Below, one piece after another: positions 27,101-40,497 of a stretch of 64,000 bases of DNA. This DNA is from Octopus vulgaris (lineage: Eukaryota). The notes below the pieces were generated by a model. That model saw only the letters and a program-made list of their open reading frames with translations. It did no database searches and was not told the origin of the DNA. The position numbers and the translations under genes are program-made. Each line of letters starts with the position of its first letter. Position 1 is the stretch's first letter. Where the stretch lies: positions 116,622,001-116,686,000 of the forward strand of contig OX597820.1 of NCBI GenBank assembly GCA_951406725.2, written 5' to 3'.

Positions 27101-28126
27101 ATCCAACAAGAAAATCTCTACACATTATTCTTGTAGAAATAGCAGCCAAATACCCCTTATATCATACCCTGCCAGTTTAAAAAATAATAATAATAAAAAA
27201 AAACAGGCACATGGGATGTTTTGTTGGATTCCCTGTATAAAAAAAAAAGATGAGGTGGCCAGAACTGAAACCCCTTTGATCAAAAATCTGATCAGGGTTG
27301 ACTTAGGACCAAAGAACAACTTTTAGGAGACTATTTCTAAGTGATCACTTGACCTTCAAGAAATAGCAGCTATATTGCCCTCAAATCATATTTTCAAAGA
27401 AAAGAAAAAAATACATTTCATAATGTAGTCCAAAATAGAGCTTCTATCAAAAAAATTTGGGGTGTTCATGGGTGGAACCCTTTTGATCATAAAACTTCCC
27501 AATAAGGAATAAGTCGATTCAGTGTCAACATACTTCACTGATAATTGTTTACATTTAAAAACATATCTCGTTAATCCATCTGTTGGTAATGTTTTGTTAT
27601 GTTTAAACATTAAAGTCAGGATATAGAGCTGAGGTGAGAAACCAATGACAATATAGTGGCCACCACTGAAGACAGTTGTGGTAACACGTCTGTGGCTGAA
27701 GATGTGACCATCACTGAAGATTGTGGGCAACGTACTTATAGCTGGAGATATAGCCACTATTAAGGAAAGTGGAGTAATATCTGCACCATTTTGTAGGGTC
27801 ATAGTTGAATACATTCACCACAAGACTTCATCTCATAAGCATTTTATCAAATTCTATTCATCAAATAGCTAAGTCTGCCTTTTCACATAAGTCAGCATTA
27901 CTCAGCACTTTGATACTATAATGAAATTATTGTTGATGGCAACAATTTTACACCAATACAGCCATACATACACACACACGTGACAGGTTTATACACAGAT
28001 TTTATGTACTGAATTCCAATAACAAGGTATCGGTTAATTTAGGCTACCATATAAAATATTTACCCAAGGTGTTGTGTAATGATATCAAACCCAAAGCCAC
28101 ACTGCTTTTCAAAGCAAATTTCTAAA

Positions 28127-29070
28127 CCCTTTCATTACCATATTTATTTTGAGATGATCTGTGTTTCTTTCAGATATTTTATATATAACAAAGAATTTAG
28201 TAAAATAACTTAGTTACCATGAAGCTAGTGTTAGTGACATAAATTGTGACTAAGGTTTGGTGGGATACTTTAATTCAAAAGTTAAGAAAACAAGACCTTT
28301 GTACTACAGAGCCAGAGGTGGTTTCAGCTGGGATGGTATCAAAAGGGTTAAATCAATCATTTGTTAACCCTTTTGTTACCATATTCTTGTTGAGATGCAC
28401 TCTGTTTCTTTCAATTATTTTAAACATAACAAAAAATTTAGTAAAATAACTTAGTTATCATGAAGCTAGTGTTAGTGACATAAATTGTGACTAAGGTTTG
28501 GTGGGATACTTTAATTCAAAAGTTAAGAAAACAAGACCTTTGTACTACAGAGCCAGAGGTGGTTTCAGCTGGGATGGTATCAAAAGGGTTAAATCAATCA
28601 TTTGTTAACCCTTTTGTTACCATATTCTTGTTGAGATGCACTCTGTTTCTTTCAATTATTTTAAACATAACAAAAAATTTAGTAAAATAACTTAGTTATC
28701 ATTAAGCTAGTGTTAGGAACATAAATTGTGACTAAGGTTTGGTGGAAGATTTTAATTCAAAACTTAAGAAAACAAGACCTTTGTACTACAGAGCCAGAGG
28801 TGGTTTCAGCCGGGATGGTATCAAAAGGGTTAAATCAATCATTTGTTAACCCTTTTGTTACCATATTCTTGTTGAGATGCACTCTGTTTCTTTCAATTAT
28901 TTTAAACATAACAAAGAATTTAGTAAAATAACTTAGTTATCATTAAGCTAGTGTTAGTGACATAAATTGTGACTAAGGTTTGGTGGAAGATTTTAATTCA
29001 AAACTCAAGAAAACAAGACATTTGTACTACAGAGCCAGAGGTGGTTTCGGCCAGGTTGGTAATGAAAGGG
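28127..29070 (+). repeat. Tandem array of 4 TTAA-flanked (piggyBac-type) MITE units, period 241 bp
   Basis: Units start CCCTTT at 28127, 28368, 28609 and 28850 and end AAAGGG, separated by TTAA-atcaatcatttg-TTAA. Confidence 0.92.
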
Positions 29071-31289
29071 TTAAGCACCCTGCCATGCATGGCTTTCTGT
29101 ATATACTTCCTTTTTATTTATTTTCTGTCAATAAAAACAGACCCATGCAGTATGGCAGGACCGAGAAGGTCAATAGGATACAACATTACAGCGCCTCCTC
29201 ATGGACCAACAAATTCAGATGTGTGGGTGATTTTGCTCTGTTTCTCAGCAGAATAACTTCCATTTACATAATTTCAGTTCACTCAGCTAATAGCATAAAT
29301 AATTACAAGAGATCATGAGAAATGGCAGCTGTGATAAAAGATTGTCCTACATGGACGTGAAAGAATAGAGTTATACACATTGCACCACATATTATGCCTT
29401 CATTAGTTGCCATCTCATGCTCCCTGTGCCCTTGTAAGACACAACTTGCCTCTATTAGACCCCTTGTTGGTCACATATTTAACAGAGTTACCTGCATCTC
29501 GCAATAGGCCAGCATACCACATTTGTGCTTCTGATCCTTTTTCAAGGCTTTCATACCAAATGCATCCTGCAAGAAAATTTTCACTGATATCATAGATTGA
29601 GAATGCACTCACTCACTCGCCTCCGCTTGTCCCACAGCTGCTGTTTGCTCACACTAATGCATAGACGCTTACTGCCTCATTCATGCAACAACTGGCACAT
29701 TCAGTACTCAAGTGCATGCTCACTCACACTGTATAAGTCACCACTATTCAAACTCACCCAAGCAGATCCTGTCCCGTATACATTCCCTGCATTCTCTCTC
29801 CTCATATGTACAATTTGCCTCAGCCATTCACCAACACAAATACTTTGCATGTCCTGAAATGTTTATTTGCAGGACGACTTCTTTTCTTAATGCATTCATT
29901 TCTGTTTTCTTTTTCCAGTGTTTGGACATTTGGTTTTTGCATTTTTCTTTTATCTTTATATTGACTTGTAGTCTGCAGCAGGGTAATGTAGTGACCAGGG
30001 AAGCCATATCAGGTTGCAACAACTGGCACATTCAGTACTCAAGTGCATGCTCACTCACACTGCCTCAGTCGTGCAATAACTGCACCACCCTGCCCACACA
30101 AAGTGACACCACTATTCAAACTCACCCAAACAGATCCCGTCCCGTAATGAGAGAGAGAAGGAAAGTTCAAATCCACTAAGGACATTTTATGAATTATTTG
30201 TGTATTTTAGACTATAAATATAATTTTTACAATGTCCCAGCTCTCCTAACTGTCTGGACATGATCATCTAGGACCATCCTCAGCACAGGCTCATGTGTGC
30301 ACAGTAGTGTAACGGCAACTCCAACCAATTAAAGCCGGTTGTGGGTTAATACATGGCAGCTTCTGTCCAGCAATGTTGTGTGCCATTTTCATTTTACTCA
30401 GCAAACAGAGGCAGGATGACCAACTGAGAATTTTCTTCATCGTGAATGGCTCCTAGTTCCTCACTTAAGTTTAGCATTGTAGATACCTTTTACAGTTCAG
30501 TTCCCTCAACGCAATTGATACCATGAATAATTCTTTCACATCCCAGCTAACACAGACCAACTGCTAGCTTACTTACAACTTCTCATTCTCGCCTATGTAA
30601 GTTATTTCGGCTTCCCTGACTCACACACATACCCTACATACAGGCCTCAACTCTCACTACTAGTCAGCAGTTGAACACTTATTATTACTACTTGTCGGCA
30701 CTCATTGGATTAAATAAAGTTTAAGGTTTTGTTATAAATGAACTGCCTCCTGACAATATTTTCTGCACACCTTTACATTAACTGAACTCCATAACAAACG
30801 CAATGCAGTCCTCAGTTCAGAAATCAAAACAATAATCTTTTGACTGCGCAACACCTTAACCATTAACTCCATTAAATATGTGTGGGAAACGTTTATTTTT
30901 ATCAATGCAATACACATAAAATGGCAGTTAGTCAGAGACAACTGAAAATTACAGCTGGTTGATTCTATAAGGCTTGACCTACTGTCTGACAGATTTGTAT
31001 TTTGTATCCAATAACTGGCACATTGTTGCATTTCTGGTAATAACACTTAAATGTCAATAGCCTTCTCCACTGTTGCTGTAACTCCTCTCCAGTCTGAGGA
31101 GAAAATACAGTTCACTGCTCTAAGTGGCACAAGTGCTGTACAATCAGCATCAAATTTTGGTACAGGCCAGCAATTGCAAGGGACCGACAACCAAGTCGTT
31201 GACTGTATCAACTCCAATGCTTAACTAATACTTATTTTATCAACCCTGAAAGGATGAAAAGCAAAGTTGACACCAGTGGGATTTGAACT

Positions 31290-31715
31290 CAGGCACAGGA
31301 GTGGCTGTGTGGTAAGTAGCTTGCTAACCAACCACATGGTTCCGGGTTCAGTCCCACTGCGTGGCACCTTGGGCAAGTGTCTTCTGCTATAGCCCCGGGC
31401 CAACCAATGCCTTGTGAGTGGATTTGGTAGACGGAAACTGAAAGAAGCCTGTCGTATATATGTATATATATATATATATGTGTGTATGTCTTTGTGTGTA
31501 TGTCTTTGTGTGTCTGTGTTTGTCCCCCTAGCATTACTTGACAACCGACGCTGGTGTGTTTACGTCCCCGTCACTTAGCGGTTCGGCAAAAGAGACCAAT
31601 AGAATAAGTACTGGGCTTACAAAGAATAAGTCCCGGAGTCGATTTGCTCGACTAAAAGGCGGTGCTCCAGCATGGCCGCAGTCAAATGACTGAAACAAGT
31701 AAAAGAGTAAAAGAA
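31290..31715 (+). mobile_element. SINE family A nested in a Nin-domain SINE
   Basis: Full length; Nin-SINE halves at about 31150-31290 and 31720-31780. Confidence 0.88.
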
Positions 31716-32829
31716 AGTAAAATGTCATTAAGCCTTTTGCCTAGCATGCTAATGGTTCTGCCAGCTCACTGCCTTCAAGTGCTGTGCAATTGAGAGGTGT
31801 TTTGCTAACATGCAGAGCTTATCTGAAACTTGGTATCAGCTTTACCAGAATGACTTGCTTTAGTAAGATCTTAGTGGGACACAGTGAATTAACAAATAGG
31901 ATGAAAAATATATACAAATGTCTTCAGAGTGAGAGATAAGTCTCATCCTAAACAGGGCCCAATTTATCTCTGATAACATTCCCAGAAGAATCGGTAATTA
32001 TTTCCTTCAACCAAGTGAACTTCAGCAATATGAAGTGTATGAGTGTACCATTTAAATATGCAAAGAAACACCAGCGATGGATTTGAACCCAAGACTAGAG
32101 CAACAAGTTTCCTATCACATTCACTGGGCCATTCTGGTTTTCCAAATGGCCCAGTGAAATCAGGTAAATCTGCCATTCAAGTAAGCAATTACAAGTCAGA
32201 GTAAACACATTAGATATATGATTTTGTTGTTGCTACAACAAAAGACTTTAGATTAATCCAATTTGCAAATCAAGAAAGCACAAGCTGTCATGTATTTCAA
32301 TATGAAGAAAGAGAGATGTGATATGAAAAACATGCTGAAGATAATTTGTTTTATCAACATGCCCTAATGTATAAAATCAACAATAATTACTGCTCAGATA
32401 AAAATGAGTTTGTGCTTTGACAAGCACTCTAATAATTAAGACTGTGATTACATTTGACTTTATTTCTAGGTCAAATAAATAATTTGTTGCTTTATATCGT
32501 AACAGTTAATAATCATCTCGAAATAAAAATTAAATGAAAACTGCTTCAACTCTTTCACTCCTTTCTCCAGCAATAATAATTTTTGTTTTATAGTCAGAGA
32601 AAGACAGCCCATGTGACCTTTAAAAGGCTTCCACAATTAGTTGAGAAAAGAGCAGAAGAGACTGCAGCTCATAGGCTGTGGTAGATAAAATTATTCAAGG
32701 ATACTCACATTGAAGTGGTGGCCCAAATGCTTGCAAATGAGTGGATTCTAGTAAAGGCATATAAGGACCATGGAGTGTTAAACAAGGTGACAAAACTTCT
32801 TTACTATTTAAGAACAGACATGGTAATGA

Positions 32830-33330
32830 GCTTTTGCACAATCCCTACCTCACAGTGCATCAGATGCATTCAACCAGTTTAGAAAAGTCTGGAAGAGCAA
32901 GAAACTTTCTCTAAAAGCCAAAATGCAGTTCTACAAGACCAACAGGCTCTCCACCCTCTTATATGGCTGGGAAACATGGCATCTGAAAATCAGCCAAGAA
33001 ACCAAACTGGATGCTTTTGACAGGAGATGCCTTTGGAAAATACTAGGCATCAAATGAAATGGTTTTCTCAGCAACAAAGATGTCAGATGAAGAACAGATC
33101 CATGCCCAGTGTCCATCATCATCTGAACACACAGTGAGTGGGTGGGTGGGACATATAGACATGCCAACCAAGTGCTAAAGTGGAACCCTCAGAGATAACG
33201 GTGCAAGGGATATCCCAAAATGGACTGGCATCAGACAATTGACAGACCTTCAGCTGGTAAAACCTAAAATGGAATGATGTGCTTGGACTGCCTCATGTGT
33301 TGCCTGACATGGGAGCATCTAAGCAAGTCA
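32830..33330 (+). mobile_element. Degenerate RTE LINE 3' fragment
   Basis: STLLYGWETWHLKISQETKLDAFDRRCLWKILGIK, then WVGHI and VLKWNP motifs typical of the RTE ORF C-terminus; multiple stops. Confidence 0.85.
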
Positions 33331-34335
33331 ATTTCATCCACAAGGTTTAGGAAGATACATACCCAGAATGCAGTGCAACGGCATATTTCTATGTTATCTT
33401 GTAATCATCCATATTTTGTATATATCATCCCATGAGATTCACACCAACCTATTCTAACTTATTTCCTGCTTCTCAAAAATAAAAGAAAATACACAAAGAT
33501 GTGGCAGTTGAATTCACCTGACATAGAACAACAAACTTCTTTCTGATCAGAATTAATGTGGTTTCAATCCCTGGTATAATTTTTCCTCACAAACTTCATC
33601 AGACATGGTTTGCTGGGCACTCACTTACCCTTTCAATGATGGTGCAACTTATAATGCTAAAATACTTTTATATAGTCTGGAAACAAGGATTGACCCCCTA
33701 AAGATAGAAAGACCTTTGATGAGGAATAGATAGATCTCTGCTAAAAATATAGTTTTAGCAGCAGATACTTTTTTTTTTTCTTCCTACCCCAAACATCTAT
33801 TTTGCATAAGTAGCTGAACAGAAACATTTCACCTGACATAGAACAACAAACTTCTTTCTGATCAGAATTAATGTGGTTTCAATCCCTGGTATAATTTTTA
33901 AACAAACTTCATCAGACATGGTTTGCTGGGCACTCACTTACCCTTTCAATGAAGCTGAATAAATCAACACCAGCATTTTTCTTTTTCATTCCTGGTATTT
34001 ATTCTATCGGACTCTTTTGTTGAATTGCTAAGTTACATGTATGTAAATAAACCAACACTGGTGAGGTACATACAGACACAATCATACATTCAACAAATAT
34101 ATTAATCCTCCAAGCTTACAGCAGCCTGAGGCAATGGCAGAAGACACTTACCCAAGATGTCATGCTGTGGGACAGAACTTACAGCTCTTCAGGTATTGTT
34201 ATCACACAAGCACACCATATCCTTCCTTGGAAACAAGCAGGGGTTGGCAGCAAGAAGGGCATCCAGTTATAGAAAAACTGTGTCAATGTACTCTCTTCTG
34301 ATCCATGCAATCATGGTAAAGATGATCACCTAGAG

Positions 34336-34658
34336 CAGTGACTCTCAACCAAGATCTATAGAAGATGTTGGGGGATCCATGCAAGCAAACTAGTAAACTG
34401 AGGACCCAAAGTGATATATTAAGGGTACATAAAAAAAAAAAACTTGCTTTAAATGCATTATTGCAAGAAATAGCTAAATTTCTTTCTCAAAAGTTTTACA
34501 TTGTTCAACCTATACAAGACAATGTACGAAAAGCAAATTAGGAATTTTGAAAGAAATATCTATAAAAATAGTTTTTAAACATTGAATGACTATGAGGGAC
34601 ACCAGAATAAAAGAGTAATCAAAGAGGCCCATAGGTAAAAAATTGTTAAGGACCACTG
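34336..34658. mobile_element. hAT (Charlie-like) MITE, same family as 16890 in opposite orientation
   Basis: TIRs CAGTGACTCTCAAC / GTTAAGGACCACTG; TSD ACCTAGAG / ACCTAGTG. Confidence 0.75.
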
Positions 34659-35857
34659 ACCTAGTGTTTAATGAACAAACACTTAATCCAATTAATCAAT
34701 TGGCTACTAAAATTGGGTCAGAAAAGCAGAAGCATTTATTTAAATCAACCTCATTTTTATTTAATTTCTTTTACAAAATTATGCAGACTTTATGTCATAT
34801 AATGTAACGACCAAAGCTTCTTACATGGAACCAGCACCAACAAGGTCACCAAATACCTTGCAAGGGAAGCCAGGTGAGAGATTTAAGGTGTAGAAGGGAC
34901 AAGTATAGGGGTTTTGCTGTAGTGTAGATACATAGCCACCACCCCACACGCACACAAGTTTCCAACCAGATTCACTCACAAGGCATTGGCGGTTTAGGGC
35001 AATAATAGGAGATATTTGCTGAAGCTACCACACAGCAGCATTGAACCTAAAACTATGTGGTTGCAAAACAAGCTTCTTAACCACAGATGTTCCTGCACTT
35101 TAGAGAGATTTGAAACCAGAATCCCTCGAGATGTCTTCAGTGTATGATAATTCCTTTACTTCACTGGCTAACACCAAGTAAATCCTTCAATCAAATCTCA
35201 TTTGAAAGATGGAATACATAAAAGATTGAATCATCCAAAAAAATGTAAAAAAATAAAAAAAATGTTTTTAATCCAGATTAAGTAATCAACAAACTATAAA
35301 ACAAGAACAAAAACAAAACCAAACAACTTGAAATGAAGATTCCAGAGGCAGAACAAAAAAAGGAAAATCACAAAAAAATTATTACAACTCTTGAAATATT
35401 TCGAGAGAAAAAAAAATAAAGAAATACAGAACAAAAGAATAAATACAAGAAAATTCTAAGAACTCTTGAGATTAGATTTCAAAAACTAAAATTAAGCTGA
35501 GCCATGTAAAATATATTTAAACTTTTTAAAACAAATCATTTAAGAAAAGAAAAAAAAAAAACATCTTAATTTCTATTTTATTTATTATTTATTATTTTTA
35601 GAATATATTTTTCTTTATTTTCTACCCCTTAGCACTCACATTACTGTCAAATGTAATGCTTATTTAATCACATTATTTTGAATTAATCTTGCATCATACT
35701 GTAGCTTCAAAATATCAAAGGTAAGATTATTTCATTTTTAGAATGACATTGTAGGGTACGTGTGAGAGGCCAGATCCGGCTGCTTTGAACATAAAACAAA
35801 TGGAATATTGAGCTGAAAATGTTAAAGGGAGAAAGATAAAAGTGAAAGATGAATAAC

Positions 35858-36250
35858 AGGTGCAGGAGTGGCTGTGTTGTAAGTAGCTTGCTTACCAACC
35901 ACATGGTTCCGGGTTCAGTCCCACTGCGTGGCACCTTGGGCAAGTGCCTTCTACTATAGCCTCGGGTCGACAAAAAGTGTTGTGAGTGGATCTGGTAGAC
36001 AGAAACTGAAAGAAGCGTCATATATATATGTATGTATATATATATATATATATTATTGGTGAATTGAAGATTGAACAGAAATCGTTTATTTCATTCTACA
36101 TTGCCAAAGAAGCCCGTCTATATATATTCAATTATCCGCACCAACGCACGGTTGCAACACCATATGGTTGTACCTCCAACCGTGCTGTCTTCTGCTATGA
36201 TTTTTGCTACCAAGGTATCGTTAAACTTTTGTATCTGCTACAAGATTGTC

Positions 36251-36290
<40 letters not shown>

Positions 36291-36293
36291 CAC

Positions 36294-36332
<39 letters not shown>

Positions 36333-36537
36333 TATATGTTTGTGTGTGTGTTTATCCCCCCAACATTGTTTGACAACCGATGCTGGTGTGTTTACGTCCC
36401 TGTCACTTAGTGGTTCGGCAAGAGATACCGATAGAATAAGTACTAGGCTTACAAAGAATAAGTCTTGGGGTCGATTTGCTCAACTAAAGGCAGTGCTCCA
36501 GCATGGCCACAGTCAAATGACTGAAACAAATAAAGGA
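35858..36537 (+). mobile_element. SINE family A with ~195-bp insert in its (TA)n
   Basis: Head 35858-36020, foreign sequence 36055-36250, tail 36330-36537. Confidence 0.88.
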
Positions 36538-37606
36538 ATACAAACTGAACAACAGAAATGGACCAGATGCCATAAGAGATTCTCTGCATTTATTTAGACA
36601 GCTAGAAAGTGCACCCAAATTGCCCTCAAATCACACTACCACTGTTAAAAAAAAGGTAAGAAATGATGAGATGGTCATATTGGGAAAAGATCTGCTCAGA
36701 TCTGAACAAGAACTGAAGTGGATGTTGTGGTTCATTTGTTTGAGAGGGGAATGTGGGGGAGGAGAGCAAATAGTTTGATACATAGCGAGAGGGAAGGAGA
36801 GATAGGTGGAGGGTGATGTAGGGGGGAGGGAGGGGAATGGAGGGGGGACGAGAGAGAGGAAAAGGACAAATGGAGAAGAGAAGGGAGAGAAAATGAAAAG
36901 AAAGAGGAAAAGCAAAATAAGAGAGGAGAGAATGATGAAAGGAAGGTGGGGGGAAAATAGGAGAGACAGACAGAAAATGAACACAAATGGAAGAGAAAGG
37001 TGAAAAGATGAATAGAAAAAATGGAAGAGAAGGAAGAAGATAAGGAAAGAGAGTGAAATAGAGAAGGTGAGAAAGTATAAAGAAAAAAAAGAGGAAGAGA
37101 GAAATAAGAGTTTTGTTTTGGTTTTTAGATTTGGGATAGCAATATAATATATATTGAATATGTTTTGATATAATTAAGTAAAATGAATAATAATCAATTT
37201 GTATTAAAAGTGATCAATAATCAATGTCAGCATTCTAGGAAAATAAAAGAAAAACTGTCTAATCAATAAATTTGGTTTCAATACAAATTAACCTTTAATC
37301 AATATCAAGATGGTGTTTCATTTTTTTCTAATTTGGTTTGTAAGACTCTGCGAATTCAGGAGTTGAACCACATTCTGTTGTTAGGTCAGCAAGGTCGTTG
37401 TACCACTGATAAAGTCGACTGGCAAAAGTGAGTTGTACCAGTAATTCAATGCTGAATCTCTCCAAGAACTACATTAAGGGTACGTGTCTGTGGAGTACTC
37501 AGCCACTTGCATGTTAATTTCATGAGCAGGCTGTTCTGTTGATAGGATCGACTGGAACCCTCATAACCATAAGAAGTGCCAGTTATTTATTTTTTTTAAT
37601 TAACAT

Positions 37607-37772
37607 AGGTGCAGGAGTGGCTGTGTGGTAAGTAGCTTGCTTACCAACCACATGGTTCCGGGTTCAGTCCCACTGCATGGCATCTTGGGCAAGTGTCTTC
37701 TGCTATAGCCTCGGGCCGATCAAAGCCTTGTGAGTGGATTTGGTAGACGGAAACTGAAAGAAGCCTGTCGTA

Positions 37773-37815
<43 letters not shown>

Positions 37816-38010
37816 CTGTGTTTGTTCCCCTAGCATTGCTTGACAACCGATGCTGGTGTGTTTACGTCCCCATCACTTAGCGGTTCGGCAAAAGTAACCG
37901 ATAGAATAAGTACTGGGCTTACAAAGAATAAGTCCTGAGGTTGATTTGCTCAACTAAAGGTGGTGCTCCAGCATGGCCGCAGTCAAATGACTGAAACAAG
38001 TAAAAGAGAA
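37607..38010 (+). mobile_element. SINE family A
   Basis: Full-length copy. Confidence 0.9.
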
Positions 38011-38666
38011 AGGGAAAAGCACTGGTTCTATTTCACTTCTGTATTATTTATTTGTCAGTTGGTTAACCCCCTAATTAATCACTTGTTTGATTAATCATTT
38101 GGTCAATCAGTCAGTCAACCAGATTTCTTTATCAGTCATGACCTCATCAATGACATTCCCCACCTCTTTAATCCTGAACTGCTTCAGGTCTCATTATTGG
38201 CGCAATGCCCCTCCCAAGATACAACAAAACATCAAAACCTCTCATTTCCATCTCTGTCACCGTACATCCCCCTTGTTCCACTCTTACACTTTCCACACCA
38301 TCCCTCCATTTTCTGATCTATCCTCCTTTCTAAACCAATTCTCTCTCACCCTTGCCCTCCCCCCAACCATCCTGGTATTTCCCATCAACCATCGCTCACT
38401 ACATTTACCTTTTCCTCCATCTCTAACCATGTTACTCTTCTCTCATATTCTTATGCAATTACTCCCTCACCTTTTCCCAATGTCTACACTCAGCTTCTTG
38501 TATCTGAAGAGTTGGCTCTCGTACCTCATCAACAAGATCTTTATCTTCTCCCCAGCCGCCCCCACCCAGTCTTATATAATGCAGGGAAGCCATGTATATC
38601 CTCCATACCAAGACAAGATAGGACTCGTCCTTCTATCATACATTTGATGGAGTCCCTGTATTATAT

Positions 38667-38891
38667 ATTTCTTTACTACCCAGAAGGGGTTAAACAAAGA
38701 GAGGACAAACAGATTAAGTCGATTACATCGACCCCACTGCGCAACTGGTACTTAATTTAATTGACCCCCAAAAGGATGAAAGGCAAAGTCGACCTCGGTG
38801 GAATTTGAACTCAGAACATAGCGACAGAAGAAAAACGGCTAAGCATTTCGCCTGGCGTGCTAACGTTTCTGCCAGCTTGCCGTCTTAATAC
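38667..38891 (-). mobile_element. Nin-domain SINE with 16-bp TSD
   Basis: AGTCCCTGTATTATAT at 38651-38666 and 38892-38907. Confidence 0.9.
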
Positions 38892-40460
38892 AGTCCCTGT
38901 ATTATATGCTTCTCAACATCCAGCATACAGCCACAGCCCTCTCTTGTACACCTGCACACACACACACAATTTAAGAAGCTTTTTTACTTTTTGTGTATGG
39001 CAAGTTACTCAACCACCTCACTAGTGCCAGTAGCATGGAAAAAGCACCCAATACACTCTTCAGTAGTTGGCATTAGGAAGGGCACCTAGCAGTAGAAACC
39101 AAGGCAAAGTAGATGTTGGAAGCTCACTGCAGCCTGGCACCTTGCCAGATCCTGTCAAACTGTTCAACTCATGCCAGCATGGAAAGCAGACAGATTCTTT
39201 TGATTCAAGCTTTGTTCTTTTTTTTTTTCTTTTCGAAATAATTAACAAGTTGGAATGGACAAATAATTATTTTCTAATGAAAAATTTTTATTGTTTTGTT
39301 TTGGCAGTTCTACAGTTTAACTTTACATTCTTTAAATGAATTATTCAACTGTTCAAATACCATTAACTTTATCCTAATCATCATCGACATCTGCAACAAA
39401 ATTTTAATGTTTGTCTTTCTACAATTGTATGGGTTGGATAGATCTGCAAAGTAAAACATTGTTTGCCTTGGTGTTGTAAACCTCCAGTCTCGGATAGCCA
39501 AGGTTTCCAGATCTAACCACATCCTTTATTAAAGCTTCTTCTTTGTTCTATTCTAAACAAATGCAGACTATAGTCTACGGTTTGACAGGAGCCGGCCAGG
39601 CAGAAGCATGCACTTGACTTCTGTGTCTGTTTTGGCAGGATTTTTACAGCTGGATGCCCTTCCTAACACCAACCACCCAGCAGAGTGGACTCAGTGCTTT
39701 TTACATGGCACAAGCACAGGCAAGGTCAGTTTTGGCAAGGTTTTTACAGCTGGATGCCCTTCCAGATGCCAACCACTTTACAGTGTGGACTGCATGCTTT
39801 TTAAGTAGCACCTGCACTGACAGGGTCACCAAGTAATTTGCATAACAAAAATCTTTTGAGAGGGGGCGGGGCATCAGAGGAGGTGATCTTGTGTCAGAAG
39901 ATGAAAGATTATAGTGAGACAGAGAGACAGAAACAGGTGTCTTACTGTAGAGAAGGTACAAGGTTACCTGGCTGGAGAAAGAGAGATCAAGAATGCAGAC
40001 AGAAATAAGTGTATTGCCACAAAGGAAATACACAGTTGGACAACCCGAGGGAAGTGAAGGAGAAGGAGAGAGAGAGAGAGAGAGTGGGAGACATCAGGAT
40101 AGAGAGGGTGGCAAAGTGCTGGGCATACACACAAAGGATAGGGATTAGAATATAAATGGGATGGTGGAGGAAAAGCAGAGAGAGAGATATAGATGGTGGC
40201 AAGTAACAGGGCATACCCTTGAGGTTCGAAGGTCATAATATAAGTGGCAGGATATTGCCAAAGAAGAGTGATTAGAGAGTGAGAAGAGGAACTGAGTGGT
40301 GAAAACCTGGGTATATAGAGTGTGTGCATGTAGAGGGGGCAACCAAATAGCAATGATACAGAGAAACGGGGGGGGGGGCATGAGGAGAGGATTGGGGAGT
40401 GAGAGGTAGGCATAGCACATGACGGAAGAGATGTGCGGAGAAAGAAGCTTATTGTGTGTA

Positions 40461-40497
<37 letters not shown>

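Noticed and set aside
27386-27814. 142-aa minus-strand ORF in unique-looking DNA
   Set aside because: No recognisable domain and no convincing exon chain; cannot be supported without homology or transcript data.
28127-29070. Regular repeats with short spacers resembling a CRISPR array; repeated 67-aa ORFs
   Set aside because: Units are 221 bp with TIRs, the spacers are identical rather than unique, there are no cas genes and the context is eukaryotic. The ORFs are by-products of the repeat.
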